A DNA stretch of 64,000 nucleotides from a virus: positions 36,207 to 100,206 of IMG/VR virus record IMGVR_UViG_3300032236_001129; one strand, 5' to 3'. Numbering within the stretch: position 1 is the stretch's first letter; every line of letters begins with the position of its first letter. The position numbers and the translations under genes are program-made. Below the pieces are notes generated by a model. It made no database searches and was not told the origin of the DNA. It saw only the letters and a list, made by a program, of their open reading frames with translations. Of the stretch, positions 26,150 through 36,364 are shown piece after piece.

Positions 26150-27353
26150 ACTCTTCAAAACGACCCTCCTCCCAATCCCATAGTAGATCTGTCGAACCCA
26201 TACCTGAAATACGGCTAGCAGCCACAGTTAAGGAACGAGATGAATCATCTTCTTCATCCTGACGTTGTAGAACTAGAACTATGTCTGAGTCCTGCAAGAA
26301 AGATGATGTGTAACCAATTGAGTCTGCAGTAACCTTGCCCCCACGCATCTTAGAGCGCAGAGTCTGGGTACTAACTACAACTGGAATATCGTAACGCTGT
26401 GCTACACGCTTCATTCCACGAGTAAGACTACGTAGTGAGCGCTCGCTTTCTGTTTCACCAGTCTCTTCATCAAACATAAGATACATACCATCCACGAATA
26501 AGATATCAGGATTGTACTTCTCTACCTTTGCACACAAACCGGTAATAGTTCTAGAGGCCACTGTGTCGGGCATCCAGAAATCATCACGTGCGATGCCTAA
26601 GTGATCTAGATAGCGTTGCTCTTCTTCTGTACGCAAAGCTCCCATGATCAAACGCTTATGCGAGATGTGAGAACGCATAGCATCGTAACGAGTTTTCATT
26701 TCACGAGCTGTCATTTCAAATGATTGAAACATTACTCGTTGGTTTTCATCCTGTGCTTTGATAGCCATCTGCATGGCAAGCACAGACTTACCGGTCTTAG
26801 GAGGAGCAGCAATTGTCCACAGCTGCTGCTTCATAACACCAGAAGTAATCTCATCGATAGTTCTAAAGCCAGTAGACAATCCAAGCAAACCATTGGGACG
26901 AGTCTTGATAGCCATGTACTCGTCGTAGCGCTGCATAGGATCATCGCTTAGGTTTTCATCTAAAGATTCTCGTTGGTTGTCGTTCATCAAGATCTGCGCT
27001 GCAGACGCCATGGTCTGTAGAGCTGTGTTGTGATCTTGCTGAGAGACTGCCTGCTGAGCTTCCAACAAAGCATCGATAGTCTTCTGACGCTTACGGTATT
27101 CGATAAGCTGGTCAAGAAGGTATTCGATACTGTCTTCTACGGCATGCAGGACGTAGGTAGGAAAGTTATCCTTAACAGTTACGGCAGTAGGGACTTCTCC
27201 ATACTTCTCGTTATGCTTGGTAATGAACTTCCACACCTGCTTGTTGAGATCATTGAAGAACCAGTCTTCTTGTACCCCAGTCTCAAGCAGTGGCTTGATA
27301 TCTCTATTGCGGATAGCTTTAGATAATAACCGCTCTTCGTTATTTGCTGCCAC
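26118..27353 (-). CDS. dnaB: DnaB-like replicative helicase
   Basis: LSTGFRTID, AAPPKTGKS, SFEM, FVDG, QDSD. Confidence 0.85.
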   Translation of the reverse strand: MAANNEERLLSKAIRNRDIKPLLETGVQEDWFFNDLNKQVWKFITKHNEKYGEVPTAVTVKDNFPTYVLHAVEDSIEYLLDQLIEYRKRQKTIDALLEAQQAVSQQDHNTALQTMASAAQILMNDNQRESLDENLSDDPMQRYDEYMAIKTRPNGLLGLSTGFRTIDEITSGVMKQQLWTIAAPPKTGKSVLAMQMAIKAQDENQRVMFQSFEMTAREMKTRYDAMRSHISHKRLIMGALRTEEEQRYLDHLGIARDDFWMPDTVASRTITGLCAKVEKYNPDILFVDGMYLMFDEETGETESERSLRSLTRGMKRVAQRYDIPVVVSTQTLRSKMRGGKVTADSIGYTSSFLQDSDIVLVLQRQDEEDDSSRSLTVAASRISGMGSTDLLWDWEEGRFEEYAAFAGVQSI

Positions 27354-27756
27354 TCATCCCCCCCTCGTTTAAGAACCAGTGACCGTATCTTAATGCACGA
27401 TCTGGTATGTCAATCACATACTTTACTTCCGGCCGGTAAGGTAGCTCTGCAACTAAGTCAGCAACTACGTTATAAGCCTTGGCATAGTTAAAGGGATTGG
27501 TGCCTAGATTATCTAAGTCTTCTAGAACCCTATCCATAGAACTCTGTGGCATTTCAAAGCCGACCAACTCAAGAGTGTAATCATGAGTCTCTTTGAATCT
27601 CCAGAAGTGAGCAAGAGATTGTCGGTTGTATGTCGTCTCGACATACGGTACTGATATGCCCATCACTTTATTAATTTTTGTTTCCCTACTAAGCAAGCAG
27701 TCTAACGAGACAATGACTCGCATGGGAATCTCATTTGAAATGTCGCCCCCCCGCAT
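27340..27756 (-). CDS. Hypothetical protein (possible degenerate HAD fold)
   Basis: 138 aa ORF in the replication operon. Confidence 0.55.
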   Translation of the reverse strand: MRGGDISNEIPMRVIVSLDCLLSRETKINKVMGISVPYVETTYNRQSLAHFWRFKETHDYTLELVGFEMPQSSMDRVLEDLDNLGTNPFNYAKAYNVVADLVAELPYRPEVKYVIDIPDRALRYGHWFLNEGGMSGSK

Positions 27757-27758
27757 GA

Positions 27759-28055
27759 TTAAACGATCTCGATCTTGCCGTAGTTAACTAACAGATTTCG
27801 AAACGCTATAGGATCTTCGCTGGCCATAAGACTTTGATCATGATCTACTCTGTTAGAAATCTCTACAGGATAGATGCCGCCGTTCTCATCCATGCGAGTC
27901 TTTACGAAGCGAGTGTGCTTGCAAGAGTTGCGGGTTTCAAATCCGGCACAGTTACAACGCAACTTGTGAGAGCTGTGGTGAATGTGCACTTCGTGTACCC
28001 CAGTGTCAGATAAAAAAATCTGAGTAATCATCCAGTCCATTGTTGACTCTTTCAT
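27759..28055 (-). CDS. SWIM zinc-finger protein
   Basis: CNC......CKH. Confidence 0.75.
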   Translation of the reverse strand: MKESTMDWMITQIFLSDTGVHEVHIHHSSHKLRCNCAGFETRNSCKHTRFVKTRMDENGGIYPVEISNRVDHDQSLMASEDPIAFRNLLVNYGKIEIV

Positions 28056-28693
28056 ATGCGTCGGTCCCCTGTCTCTGATTCTACATCAGCCCACATGAAT
28101 GCTTCATGGGCAAAGCTTTCCATTGCTTCTCCGTATGTACTTCTCCACTTTGACATCTTAACGTTTGTAGTTACGATAGTTGGTAATCCCGCATTAAAAC
28201 GAGAACGCACTACCGCATCAAAAGTATTTTCTGCCCAACCACTTGCAGTTCGATATTCTTTTCCTAGGTCATCTAGAATAAAAAGTGGTATGGACTCTCG
28301 TACATCCCCGTTAATCTTTTGGATAAGCTCCTTTGATTCAGGATCATTCCAGGATTCCTTCTCAAGTCGTAGGTACTTTGGATAATCCATAAATAACCCT
28401 GGCTGGTTGGAGGAGACCGGCATAGTCCGAATCAGCTCCTGAAGGGCCACAGAGGCCAATGTGGTCTTGCCGTGACCTGGTAACCCTACCAAGGCCAGTC
28501 CAAGGCCGCTAGAGGGGCTTCCAGGGCTTTTAATGACCACTCCTGACCGGACTGTATCTACCCAAGTTTGAACAACGGCCTTGACCTTGGCGTTGTCTAG
28601 GTCTGAGAACTCCATTCCGATAGTCTTCATAGGCAGGCTGGCACGTAGGATGGCGTGGCGTACAGTGGGTGACTCTTTGTTAATGTCGTACAT
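28052..28693 (-). CDS. DnaC/IstB-like AAA+ helicase loader
   Basis: GLPGHGKT, ILDDLGKE, R....LPTIVTTN. Confidence 0.85.
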   Translation of the reverse strand: MYDINKESPTVRHAILRASLPMKTIGMEFSDLDNAKVKAVVQTWVDTVRSGVVIKSPGSPSSGLGLALVGLPGHGKTTLASVALQELIRTMPVSSNQPGLFMDYPKYLRLEKESWNDPESKELIQKINGDVRESIPLFILDDLGKEYRTASGWAENTFDAVVRSRFNAGLPTIVTTNVKMSKWRSTYGEAMESFAHEAFMWADVESETGDRRI

Positions 28694-29610
28694 TACTTGC
28701 CCCCTAGTAGTCGTAGCATCTTCTCTTGCTGGTTCCTGATCATCTCTTCATCGTATGATTCAGGAAGTTCTTCCCGAGTCACAGTTCCTTCTACCGTCTG
28801 GTAGTAAGCGATGAACTTACGCCACACAGGAATTCCAGAACCTGCGTCGTTTAAATTACGTGGGTCCTCAAAGAACATTCTAATAGCTGCAAGCATCTGT
28901 TGTCTACTTACGCCCTTGCCCACCTTCTGATTAATCCAGATAGCAAACTGCTGAGTGTTCAGCTGCATGGTGAGATGGCCAGCGGAGCTTTGATTAAGCA
29001 ACGATCCAAACTCTGCGACTAAATCTTTAGTGCCCCAGTCTTCCTCAGGTCTATGGCTGCGATGCGAGAGTGAGATGCTTTCTGGCTTCGGGCCATATTT
29101 AGCTTTCCGCATAGCAATCTTGTCTTCGATCTTTCCAACAGCACCGCTGGCATCATCTTCTGCCTCAGGCTTGAATCGCTTTGCGGGCTTGACTTCTTCT
29201 CCGTCTAAATCCCATCCCATAACTTCTCCTTCCTTCGAGGACGCAGTCCTCGATATAGTAGAACTACGTAGTAGTTCTACTATAGGTTTATCTATAGTCT
29301 TATAGTCGCTAGTAGTTGTATCACTATAGACATACAAGAGCCCTGAAAATCCGGTGTCGGTGCCAAGGAGCTTTTTAGCCCCTTCTGTGAACTTCATGTA
29401 GCTATTCCACTTCCCGTTAACCTGCTCTCGGGTCGTGATTATGTACCCAGCTCTCTTCAATTCATTGATTGCAGCTTGAACCGCATCCCTGCCTTCGGGC
29501 ATGACAGCAGAGAGCTCATCGGCGGACACAGGTCTGCCTAGCTCTGCATAGTATGCGAATATACCTTTTGCCCTAGCGGACAAATATGGGTTTGAATATG
29601 GTGACTTCAT
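28693..29610 (-). CDS. Putative replication initiator (N-terminal winged HTH)
   Basis: LSARAKGIFAY...GRDAVQAAINELKRAGYI; directly upstream of the DnaC-like loader. Confidence 0.7.
   Translation of the reverse strand: MKSPYSNPYLSARAKGIFAYYAELGRPVSADELSAVMPEGRDAVQAAINELKRAGYIITTREQVNGKWNSYMKFTEGAKKLLGTDTGFSGLLYVYSDTTTSDYKTIDKPIVELLRSSTISRTASSKEGEVMGWDLDGEEVKPAKRFKPEAEDDASGAVGKIEDKIAMRKAKYGPKPESISLSHRSHRPEEDWGTKDLVAEFGSLLNQSSAGHLTMQLNTQQFAIWINQKVGKGVSRQQMLAAIRMFFEDPRNLNDAGSGIPVWRKFIAYYQTVEGTVTREELPESYDEEMIRNQQEKMLRLLGGK
29235..29284. repeat. Two adjacent perfect inverted repeats (8 bp and 14 bp arms, 3-nt spacers)
   Basis: TCGAGGAC-GCA-GTCCTCGA then TATAGTAGAACTAC-GTA-GTAGTTCTACTATA. Confidence 0.85.
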
Positions 29611-29630
29611 GTAAACCCCCTCCTAGAAAT

Positions 29631-29660
29631 ATTCTACCGAGGTGGGATACGTTTTGGCAA
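29631..29660 (-). promoter_or_regulatory. SigA-like promoter for the replication operon
   Basis: TTGCCA-18-TAGAAT followed by an AGGAGG SD. Confidence 0.55.
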
Positions 29661-29900
29661 ATCGCCCTTTGGAAGTCCTGTAAAGATCTGCTCTACGATT
29701 AACGATAGTGTTAGACCTACGAATGTGGATGCTAGAACATATGGAAATAAAAATCTAAGTCTTACTGTAAGAGTTAGACAAAAGATAAGACTAAGTACAA
29801 TAGCTAATAAGCCCCGCCACTTACCTAGTTTGATGAGGAAAGCTTCTACGGCAGCCAAGATACACGCTGTCGCTAACGCTGAAATAATTAATGTGCCCAT
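29634..29900 (-). CDS. Small three-TM membrane protein (start refined to MGTLII)
   Basis: Three hydrophobic segments. Confidence 0.6.
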   Translation of the reverse strand: MGTLIISALATACILAAVEAFLIKLGKWRGLLAIVLSLIFCLTLTVRLRFLFPYVLASTFVGLTLSLIVEQIFTGLPKGDLPKRIPPR

Positions 29901-29910
29901 ATAAAACAGT

Positions 29911-32900
29911 CTACTCTCTAAATACGCATCTGTCAATATCGAAGTATTGACCCGCATGGAATGCGCTTGGGGTACAGGTAGTTGTCATAACCATATAAGA
30001 AGCTCCAGCGATTTCAGATGCTGGGAAGACGTTACCAATATAGTTCCAGCGAAGCTCATAGTTCTTTGCTCCACTAGCGTTGGTAAGCATATCGTAGCTT
30101 TGTGTATAGGACTTAATTACTGAGCCGTCTGGTCCATAGAACACGTTGGTCATTGTGTATGTTCCAAAAGCATTTGTAGATGGACGGATAGCTACTGATC
30201 CGTAGTAACCTTGTTCAGAGTTAATTGGGATGTGTCCTGTTTTAATTGCCCAACTATTATTACTGGTAGATGATGCCTTAGTAGACGTTACTCGGCAATA
30301 GGATGTTCCTTGAACTGTGGTATCTGCTGCAAGAATTCCTACGGTTTGAATACGGTTTAGGTTAGCTGTAACCCCAACCCATTCTCCAAGATCTTTTTCA
30401 AATGATGCTGAAGGAATCAAAGACGAAGAAAGCTCTCCTTGGTATTCAAGAGATGGGAAGCCAGGCTTCACACAATAGGTAACACCGTGAGGCATAACCA
30501 ATTCTAGATTAGCGTATAGGCGTTGAAGCTTTGAGAAGTAGTTGTTAAAGTAGCTGCTCTTGCCGCCACCTTGACTCTGCTCTTGATTCAGCCAGATAGT
30601 CTTAGCGGTGTTGCCTGGGTTAGGCATGTGCTTTGTAAGAGCGTTAGAGGGGTCGATAAACTTAGTTGGGGTACGTCCAAACTCTGCTTGAAATCCATCA
30701 AACTGGAAATAGTTAGTCTGAGGTAACCCAGCAGATGCTGCAGCCTGGGTAAATGTTAGATCAAGCTGAAATGATGTTTCGCCCTGTAGCAAGTTGCGTA
30801 CAGTCTGCATACGAATCCATTGATACTGGTCGTGTTGAATTACTTCTAACAAGTTAGATGTTGCATCGACTTGGCCTTTATTAGTATAGAGATTATAGGT
30901 TCCTTCACCGCCACGTACATATACAGAGACTACAAAGTCTTCTCCACCCTTAGCAGGTTCTGGAAGATAAACAGTTGTGTGGATTTCTCCTACAGCTCCT
31001 GGAGCATCTACCCCAAATGTTCCAAAAGTACATTGACCCATTTGGCTACCAAACAATGGACCATATGGATAGAGCACAGGTGCGTGAGTTATTGGGTCTA
31101 ATACCAAACCACCAAGAGATCCATTAGGATTTTCAATACGTGCCGGAGTAACTCCGCTTGATACTAAGCTAAGAGTTCCGTGGTCTGCTGTCCAGTCTGC
31201 AAGTGTTTCCATGGATGGGTTGTTAACAAAGTTAATTCTATTTTTTATTTCCCAAATACAGTTATTAGGTGAGAAGTAGATGTGATTGACCGGATCACTT
31301 GGAGGATTAGCTCCGTCTCCACCAAAGAAGTCGTACCCCTCATTAGCTTCTTGAAGCATGATGCCGTCTACCCAAAGGGTATCTCCAGCTACTGCATCCG
31401 GGAAGTAGAGAGTTACCTTAGCAAGCGGACTTCCAGAGTCACGGCTTTGAGGTGGCGTGATTCCAGTTACCTTAACGTTAATCTTATCCGGTACAGCTTG
31501 TGCAATAAAGAATCCTGGAGGACCAAAAGGTTCCCAGTACAGCGGTTCTGTTCCTGCCCAGTGTGGAAAAGGAACTGTGGATACAGGAGGATAAAGAGTT
31601 GGATCTACGATAGTAGGGTCTGTGTCATCGTGTACATAGTGAAAGGTAAGAGTGTATGGATCAGAATCTACATAGTATGGGCTGTCTTGTAGATACTGTC
31701 CATTAGCATCCATAAGCACTTGGCTTTGTTGTTCTACAGTTGCACGGTTTGAGAACTCAATGCGAGCAACCACTGTGCGATATGCAGCAGTGTATCCGCA
31801 ACTTACATATGCACTAAAGGTATAGTTCTGCCCAGGATCTACAGAGATCCAGTCAGAAGTAATGTAGCCACCGGTGCCACTTAAAATAGTTAGTTCTCCA
31901 AGAGTAGCTCCATGCTCAAGAGCTCCAGGATAAATTGTTGGGTCTTGTGCAAAGGATCCGTTAGGAGAAGCTGTCCAGAAGCCAATACCATTTTCAAAGT
32001 CTGGATTAAGAACATAGTTTTCTTGCTCACCCTTTACGTATACACGCACACGACGAGCATCTTCAAACTCATAGCTGTTCTTAGCCTCAGCTAGCTGCAT
32101 CATGTCAAGCGCATACTTCTTATAGGCAGAGCTAGAAGACTTAATGTTAATAGATACAGTAGCAGTGGCAGCTGTGTTAGGAGACTTAGATCCTGCACGT
32201 CCTACATAGTTGTAGCTGGTGAACTCTTGCCAAGACCCATTAGTTGTTAGATTAGCTGGGGTAGGGGTAGAACCTAAAAGGTTGCCTCTCGAATCCCACC
32301 AATGAATTACTGCATTAACTGTAGCTGTAGCTGTATCTAGTTGTTGAATCCAACCTGTAAATAAATAATATGTATTTGGTTCTACCGGTATGCCATAAAG
32401 ATCTTGACTACTTGTTGGATCTGGAAGATTTAAAGTAACTGTTGAAGTAGTGTGAGTGGTAAGTAGTCCAAAGCCTACAGCTCGTGGTGGATATAGTGGA
32501 TCCACAAGAACTAATTCATTGTTAGAAACTAGAACCCCAATATCTGCAAGGGAGGTACTAAAGTTTTGTTTTGTCAGGGTAGCTGTACCGGTAACAGTCC
32601 AGCGTCCAATAGACTCTTCAAAAGAAGAATCGTTATAGTCAAGTAGTAGGTTATGGCCTGTTACAACATTGCTACCCCAGTGAGTTAGCGCAGTACTAAA
32701 GGTACTTACAGCTGAAGTGGTTCCCTTTTCAATGTTGATTTCATTTCCTGCAGAGTAGAGTGAACGGTAGTATACGTCTCCAAGTGTAGGCTCATTATTA
32801 AACCCTAGATCTAAAATCTTAGGTAAGACTAGTGAGTTATTTACTCCAGCCTTATCTGCAGTGTGCTCAAGGATTAAACCTTCAACTGAAATCTTGTCAT

Positions 32901-33414
32901 ACATATATGCATATGCATACAAAACTTCTTCAAGACGATTTGTAGGCTCCGCTTCACCAGTTGCATCGCCAATATTATCCGCAGTCTGATTTAACCATGC
33001 TCTAGGAATCCACTTAGTAATTTTATCTAAGGTGGTTGTTTGATCCACAATAATGGTGTCTGCAGATCCGCAGAAGATCCAGCCATTGCTGTTGAATAGC
33101 CACAAGGAATAGTTAACCTGTGAGTTAGGCTTGTCAACAAAAGTTTCTGTATAGTTAGTAGCAAACGTACTTAGTGCCCCACCAGCAACCAGCAAAGCAT
33201 CAAAAGGATTATCTGGAGTTCCTGTAAAGTTCTTTACTAGGCGCCAGTGAGTAGGGGTAGGCAAGTTAGGATCATAGCTCATGGTGTTCCATGTGATATA
33301 CGTCTTGTTATAGTCAATAGCTTTAGCAGTAATTCCAGAGTTAAAGTAAACTCCGGTGCTGTCTAGCTGACCATACTTAAACGTATCGTATCTACGTACT
33401 CCGAATTTTGCCAT
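29911..33414 (-). CDS. Baseplate/tail protein with repeated carbohydrate-binding-like modules
   Basis: P2 gpI-like segment (KGT..AV) then four N-x-x-N/D-x-SFE...W starts typical of CBM4/9-like domains. Confidence 0.7.
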   Translation of the reverse strand: MAKFGVRRYDTFKYGQLDSTGVYFNSGITAKAIDYNKTYITWNTMSYDPNLPTPTHWRLVKNFTGTPDNPFDALLVAGGALSTFATNYTETFVDKPNSQVNYSLWLFNSNGWIFCGSADTIIVDQTTTLDKITKWIPRAWLNQTADNIGDATGEAEPTNRLEEVLYAYAYMYDKISVEGLILEHTADKAGVNNSLVLPKILDLGFNNEPTLGDVYYRSLYSAGNEINIEKGTTSAVSTFSTALTHWGSNVVTGHNLLLDYNDSSFEESIGRWTVTGTATLTKQNFSTSLADIGVLVSNNELVLVDPLYPPRAVGFGLLTTHTTSTVTLNLPDPTSSQDLYGIPVEPNTYYLFTGWIQQLDTATATVNAVIHWWDSRGNLLGSTPTPANLTTNGSWQEFTSYNYVGRAGSKSPNTAATATVSINIKSSSSAYKKYALDMMQLAEAKNSYEFEDARRVRVYVKGEQENYVLNPDFENGIGFWTASPNGSFAQDPTIYPGALEHGATLGELTILSGTGGYITSDWISVDPGQNYTFSAYVSCGYTAAYRTVVARIEFSNRATVEQQSQVLMDANGQYLQDSPYYVDSDPYTLTFHYVHDDTDPTIVDPTLYPPVSTVPFPHWAGTEPLYWEPFGPPGFFIAQAVPDKINVKVTGITPPQSRDSGSPLAKVTLYFPDAVAGDTLWVDGIMLQEANEGYDFFGGDGANPPSDPVNHIYFSPNNCIWEIKNRINFVNNPSMETLADWTADHGTLSLVSSGVTPARIENPNGSLGGLVLDPITHAPVLYPYGPLFGSQMGQCTFGTFGVDAPGAVGEIHTTVYLPEPAKGGEDFVVSVYVRGGEGTYNLYTNKGQVDATSNLLEVIQHDQYQWIRMQTVRNLLQGETSFQLDLTFTQAAASAGLPQTNYFQFDGFQAEFGRTPTKFIDPSNALTKHMPNPGNTAKTIWLNQEQSQGGGKSSYFNNYFSKLQRLYANLELVMPHGVTYCVKPGFPSLEYQGELSSSLIPSASFEKDLGEWVGVTANLNRIQTVGILAADTTVQGTSYCRVTSTKASSTSNNSWAIKTGHIPINSEQGYYGSVAIRPSTNAFGTYTMTNVFYGPDGSVIKSYTQSYDMLTNASGAKNYELRWNYIGNVFPASEIAGASYMVMTTTCTPSAFHAGQYFDIDRCVFRE

Positions 33415-33421
33415 GAGTTAA

Positions 33422-34564
33422 TTACATCCCTGCGAGTAAGAAAGCGTTAAATCCACCTTGTGCTGCTGCCGCTGCTGCCGCAGCTGCTGCCGTATTTGCT
33501 GTATTGGCTAAGTCATAAGCCGTCTTAACAGAGTTTGGCGTAGCTGCTGTTGTTGTTGATGTTGACGATGTTGAATCTGTAAGTTGAAGAATACCTGCTG
33601 CTGAGGTGGTTCCTGCATTTACAGATAGTGTAAGGTTACCAGATAAAGCGCCACCACCTGAAAGAGGTGAAGTGGTTGATATTGTGCGAGTAGCTGGTAC
33701 CGCAGCATTAGCTAGATCGTAAGCAATCTTAAGAGAGTTTGGTGTAGCAGCTGTGGTTGTAGATGTGGAGTTAGTAGCATCTGTTAGTTGAAGTATGCCT
33801 GCCACAGTAGTGCTTCCTGTAGGAAGTGAAGCCCAGGAAGAAGCAGATCCGCTTGATGTAAGCCACTTACCGCTAGTACCTGCAGACTGAGCAGGAACCA
33901 CATACACAGAAGAAGTATTCAAGCTAATGGTTACATCACCAGAAGCAGCTCCACCTGTAAGACCTGTACCAGCGGTAACGCTAGTAATGTCTGCAGAGAT
34001 TGTTGCCCAAGATGCAGTAGACCCATCTGTAGTTAACCATTTACCGTTATTGCCTGTTTGAGACGGCAAGCTGATTGGTGCTGCAGCCCAGGATGGAATA
34101 CCACCAACAAGAGTTAATAGGTAGCCGTTAGTTCCAGCAGATAATCGACTAAGAGTATTTGTTGCACTGCCGTAAAGAATATCTCCTGTAGCTACTGCGT
34201 TAAGTCCTGTTCCGCCATATGGAACTGTAAGGGCGTTTGTAAGAACAAGGCTAGGAACAGTTACTGTTCCAGTAAATGTTGGAGAAGCAATTGTGGCATA
34301 GATTGAAGAAGATCCTACACCGTTTACAAGTCCGGCTTCAATATTAGCTAGACGATCAGACAGGGTTGTCCAAGAAGTGGTTAGGGCAAAGCTACCTGTG
34401 TAGGTAGAAGCCAAAGGCTTATTGGTATTGCTGGCTGTACCGATGGCTGCCTCAATGGCTAAGACTTCCTCTTGGAGGGAGTTTACGTCATTAGCTACTA
34501 CGGTATCCCGAAGGTCTACTCGAGAGCTAAATGGGCGTAAGGCGCCGGGAAATGAAGCTGTCAC
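33422..34564 (-). CDS. Tail fibre protein
   Basis: Two P2 gpH-type repeats AGILQLTD.T.STSTTTAATPNS.K.AYDLA; Thr/Ser/Gly-rich. Confidence 0.8.
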   Translation of the reverse strand: MTASFPGALRPFSSRVDLRDTVVANDVNSLQEEVLAIEAAIGTASNTNKPLASTYTGSFALTTSWTTLSDRLANIEAGLVNGVGSSSIYATIASPTFTGTVTVPSLVLTNALTVPYGGTGLNAVATGDILYGSATNTLSRLSAGTNGYLLTLVGGIPSWAAAPISLPSQTGNNGKWLTTDGSTASWATISADITSVTAGTGLTGGAASGDVTISLNTSSVYVVPAQSAGTSGKWLTSSGSASSWASLPTGSTTVAGILQLTDATNSTSTTTAATPNSLKIAYDLANAAVPATRTISTTSPLSGGGALSGNLTLSVNAGTTSAAGILQLTDSTSSTSTTTAATPNSVKTAYDLANTANTAAAAAAAAAAQGGFNAFLLAGM

Positions 34565-34592
34565 TATTAATACCTACCTATCTTTACTGAGG

Positions 34593-36362
34593 TCATTGTA
34601 TACCACCAACCACTGTAATGGCCAGGTTTGCTGCTAGCAAATATGGAACTTCATACGCATCTAGGTCTATATTGCCCGCACTTGCCGAGCCATCTCTGTT
34701 AAGCTGAACAATATCTACAACGTCTACCCCATCAGCATTTGATGCTGCTGTAATAACGTTTGAAGAGTGGATGCGTCGACCAAAGGTATTGTTATCAAAA
34801 TCAAATAGGCCGCCAGTTCCCAGCATAGCCTTGTATACATTTAGCTTTACAGTGGATGCTTGATAAGCATCCTTTGCGGTAACGTTTAGGCCCAAATAGA
34901 TTGGGACATATACTGGAGAATTAATAGTAAGAGTTGTACCTACAGGAATCTTATCCGCCATGTAGCTTATTGCTGCTGTCTTAGCCGCATTCCAGTTAGC
35001 TGTTGGCTGAGTACCACTTACAGTTCCACCGGATACAAAAGCTGTAGTAGTGGTGTTAGCAATTCTAAAGGTAGTTGTAGATGGGGTGTCATAGATTACT
35101 GCATCGATAAGGTTGTAGGCTGTAGGGTTTACTCCCACAATAGTTACAATCTCTCCAACGCTATATAGGTGGTTGCTAGCTGTAGTTACAGTTATATATG
35201 TTCCATCACCAGTTACGTTTGTTACAGAACCTGTCTGCACATAGATGCCTGGGGTAGAGGTAAAGTCATTTGGTGATTGCAAATAAGTATTTACAACTGA
35301 GTAGACCGCTGATTCAGCCTTAACCTTGCCCACACCAGAAACCAAAGATAATAGATATTCATAGTCTGCCAAAGTTACTGCACGCTTTCTAGCAGAGATG
35401 GCAGCTTTAATTTTTGCCTTAAGCTGCGCATTGTTATCTGCGTCAGCTCCTCCCACAGCAGCAGCTGGGTTGGTTGCCTGCAAGAATGAGATAGCTTCTG
35501 CATCAGGGTTGCCAGGAATAAAGGTAACTTCTGAGACACTGTTAGCAGAGATATTGCCGGCTACTCCCACACTAGTTCTATAGGTGGCACTGACTACCTG
35601 ACCATTGCCTGGGATTTGACCGGTGATTCCATCTCCAAAGATTACGGTAATAGTTCCGTCTTCATTTTGGCGGGTAGTAAATACTAGATCTAAAGGACCT
35701 GATTCAATCAACGAGTCAACATATTTCCAGGTAGAAAACGCTACGTCTTGGCCTATGTAAACTACTAGAGAGCTATCTACTACGCCAATATCAATGATGT
35801 TAATTTCCTGACTTGCTGTTCCATCAGAATTTCCAATGATAATTGGGAGTGGCTTGTTATAGTTTGGATCTATCAAGTCTGGACGATCTGTGTTAACAGT
35901 CTTGCCTTCTACACAGGCAAGAGAAACAGTTTGGCCTGGTAGAACAGCTGTAGCTGCTTCAGTGGTTTCAAAGAATGCTTCAGTGTAGTTGGCATAGCTA
36001 AGCAACGCCATTACCTGGGTGCCAATAGGAATATCAATGGTGTCTGTGTCTTGAAGGTTTGTAAAGCTAATGCGGACAGTAGCTGGGGTAGGTCCAGTTG
36101 GCTTGTAGCCGTACAAGGCGGCAAAGCTTAAAAGGTTGCTTCGTTGGGTAGCTGTATCAATCGATGTCTCATTAGCAATCCGGTCAAGATAGTAAGACAT
36201 GATGTCGCCCATATAGGCGAAGGTCTCAATAAGAACTGAGCCTAGGTCATTAGGGTCAGCAGCATCCCATGCAAGTCCTGTACGTGTATTGACTAGAGAG
36301 ATCAGGTCTGCTTTAAGACCAGCGTAGTCTCTAGATGTATAATCAATTTGTGGATCAGCCAT
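34593..36362 (-). CDS. Baseplate wedge protein (baseplate J / gp6-like)
   Basis: IDYTSRDY, LSFAALYGY, FGDGITG, GGAD, RAVTLADYE. Confidence 0.9.
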   Translation of the reverse strand: MADPQIDYTSRDYAGLKADLISLVNTRTGLAWDAADPNDLGSVLIETFAYMGDIMSYYLDRIANETSIDTATQRSNLLSFAALYGYKPTGPTPATVRISFTNLQDTDTIDIPIGTQVMALLSYANYTEAFFETTEAATAVLPGQTVSLACVEGKTVNTDRPDLIDPNYNKPLPIIIGNSDGTASQEINIIDIGVVDSSLVVYIGQDVAFSTWKYVDSLIESGPLDLVFTTRQNEDGTITVIFGDGITGQIPGNGQVVSATYRTSVGVAGNISANSVSEVTFIPGNPDAEAISFLQATNPAAAVGGADADNNAQLKAKIKAAISARKRAVTLADYEYLLSLVSGVGKVKAESAVYSVVNTYLQSPNDFTSTPGIYVQTGSVTNVTGDGTYITVTTASNHLYSVGEIVTIVGVNPTAYNLIDAVIYDTPSTTTFRIANTTTTAFVSGGTVSGTQPTANWNAAKTAAISYMADKIPVGTTLTINSPVYVPIYLGLNVTAKDAYQASTVKLNVYKAMLGTGGLFDFDNNTFGRRIHSSNVITAASNADGVDVVDIVQLNRDGSASAGNIDLDAYEVPYLLAANLAITVVGGIQ

Positions 36363-36364
36363 TA

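Noticed and set aside
28052-28693. IS21 transposon (IstB-like ATPase)
   Set aside because: No transposase or terminal repeats; the position between initiator and DnaB indicates a helicase loader.
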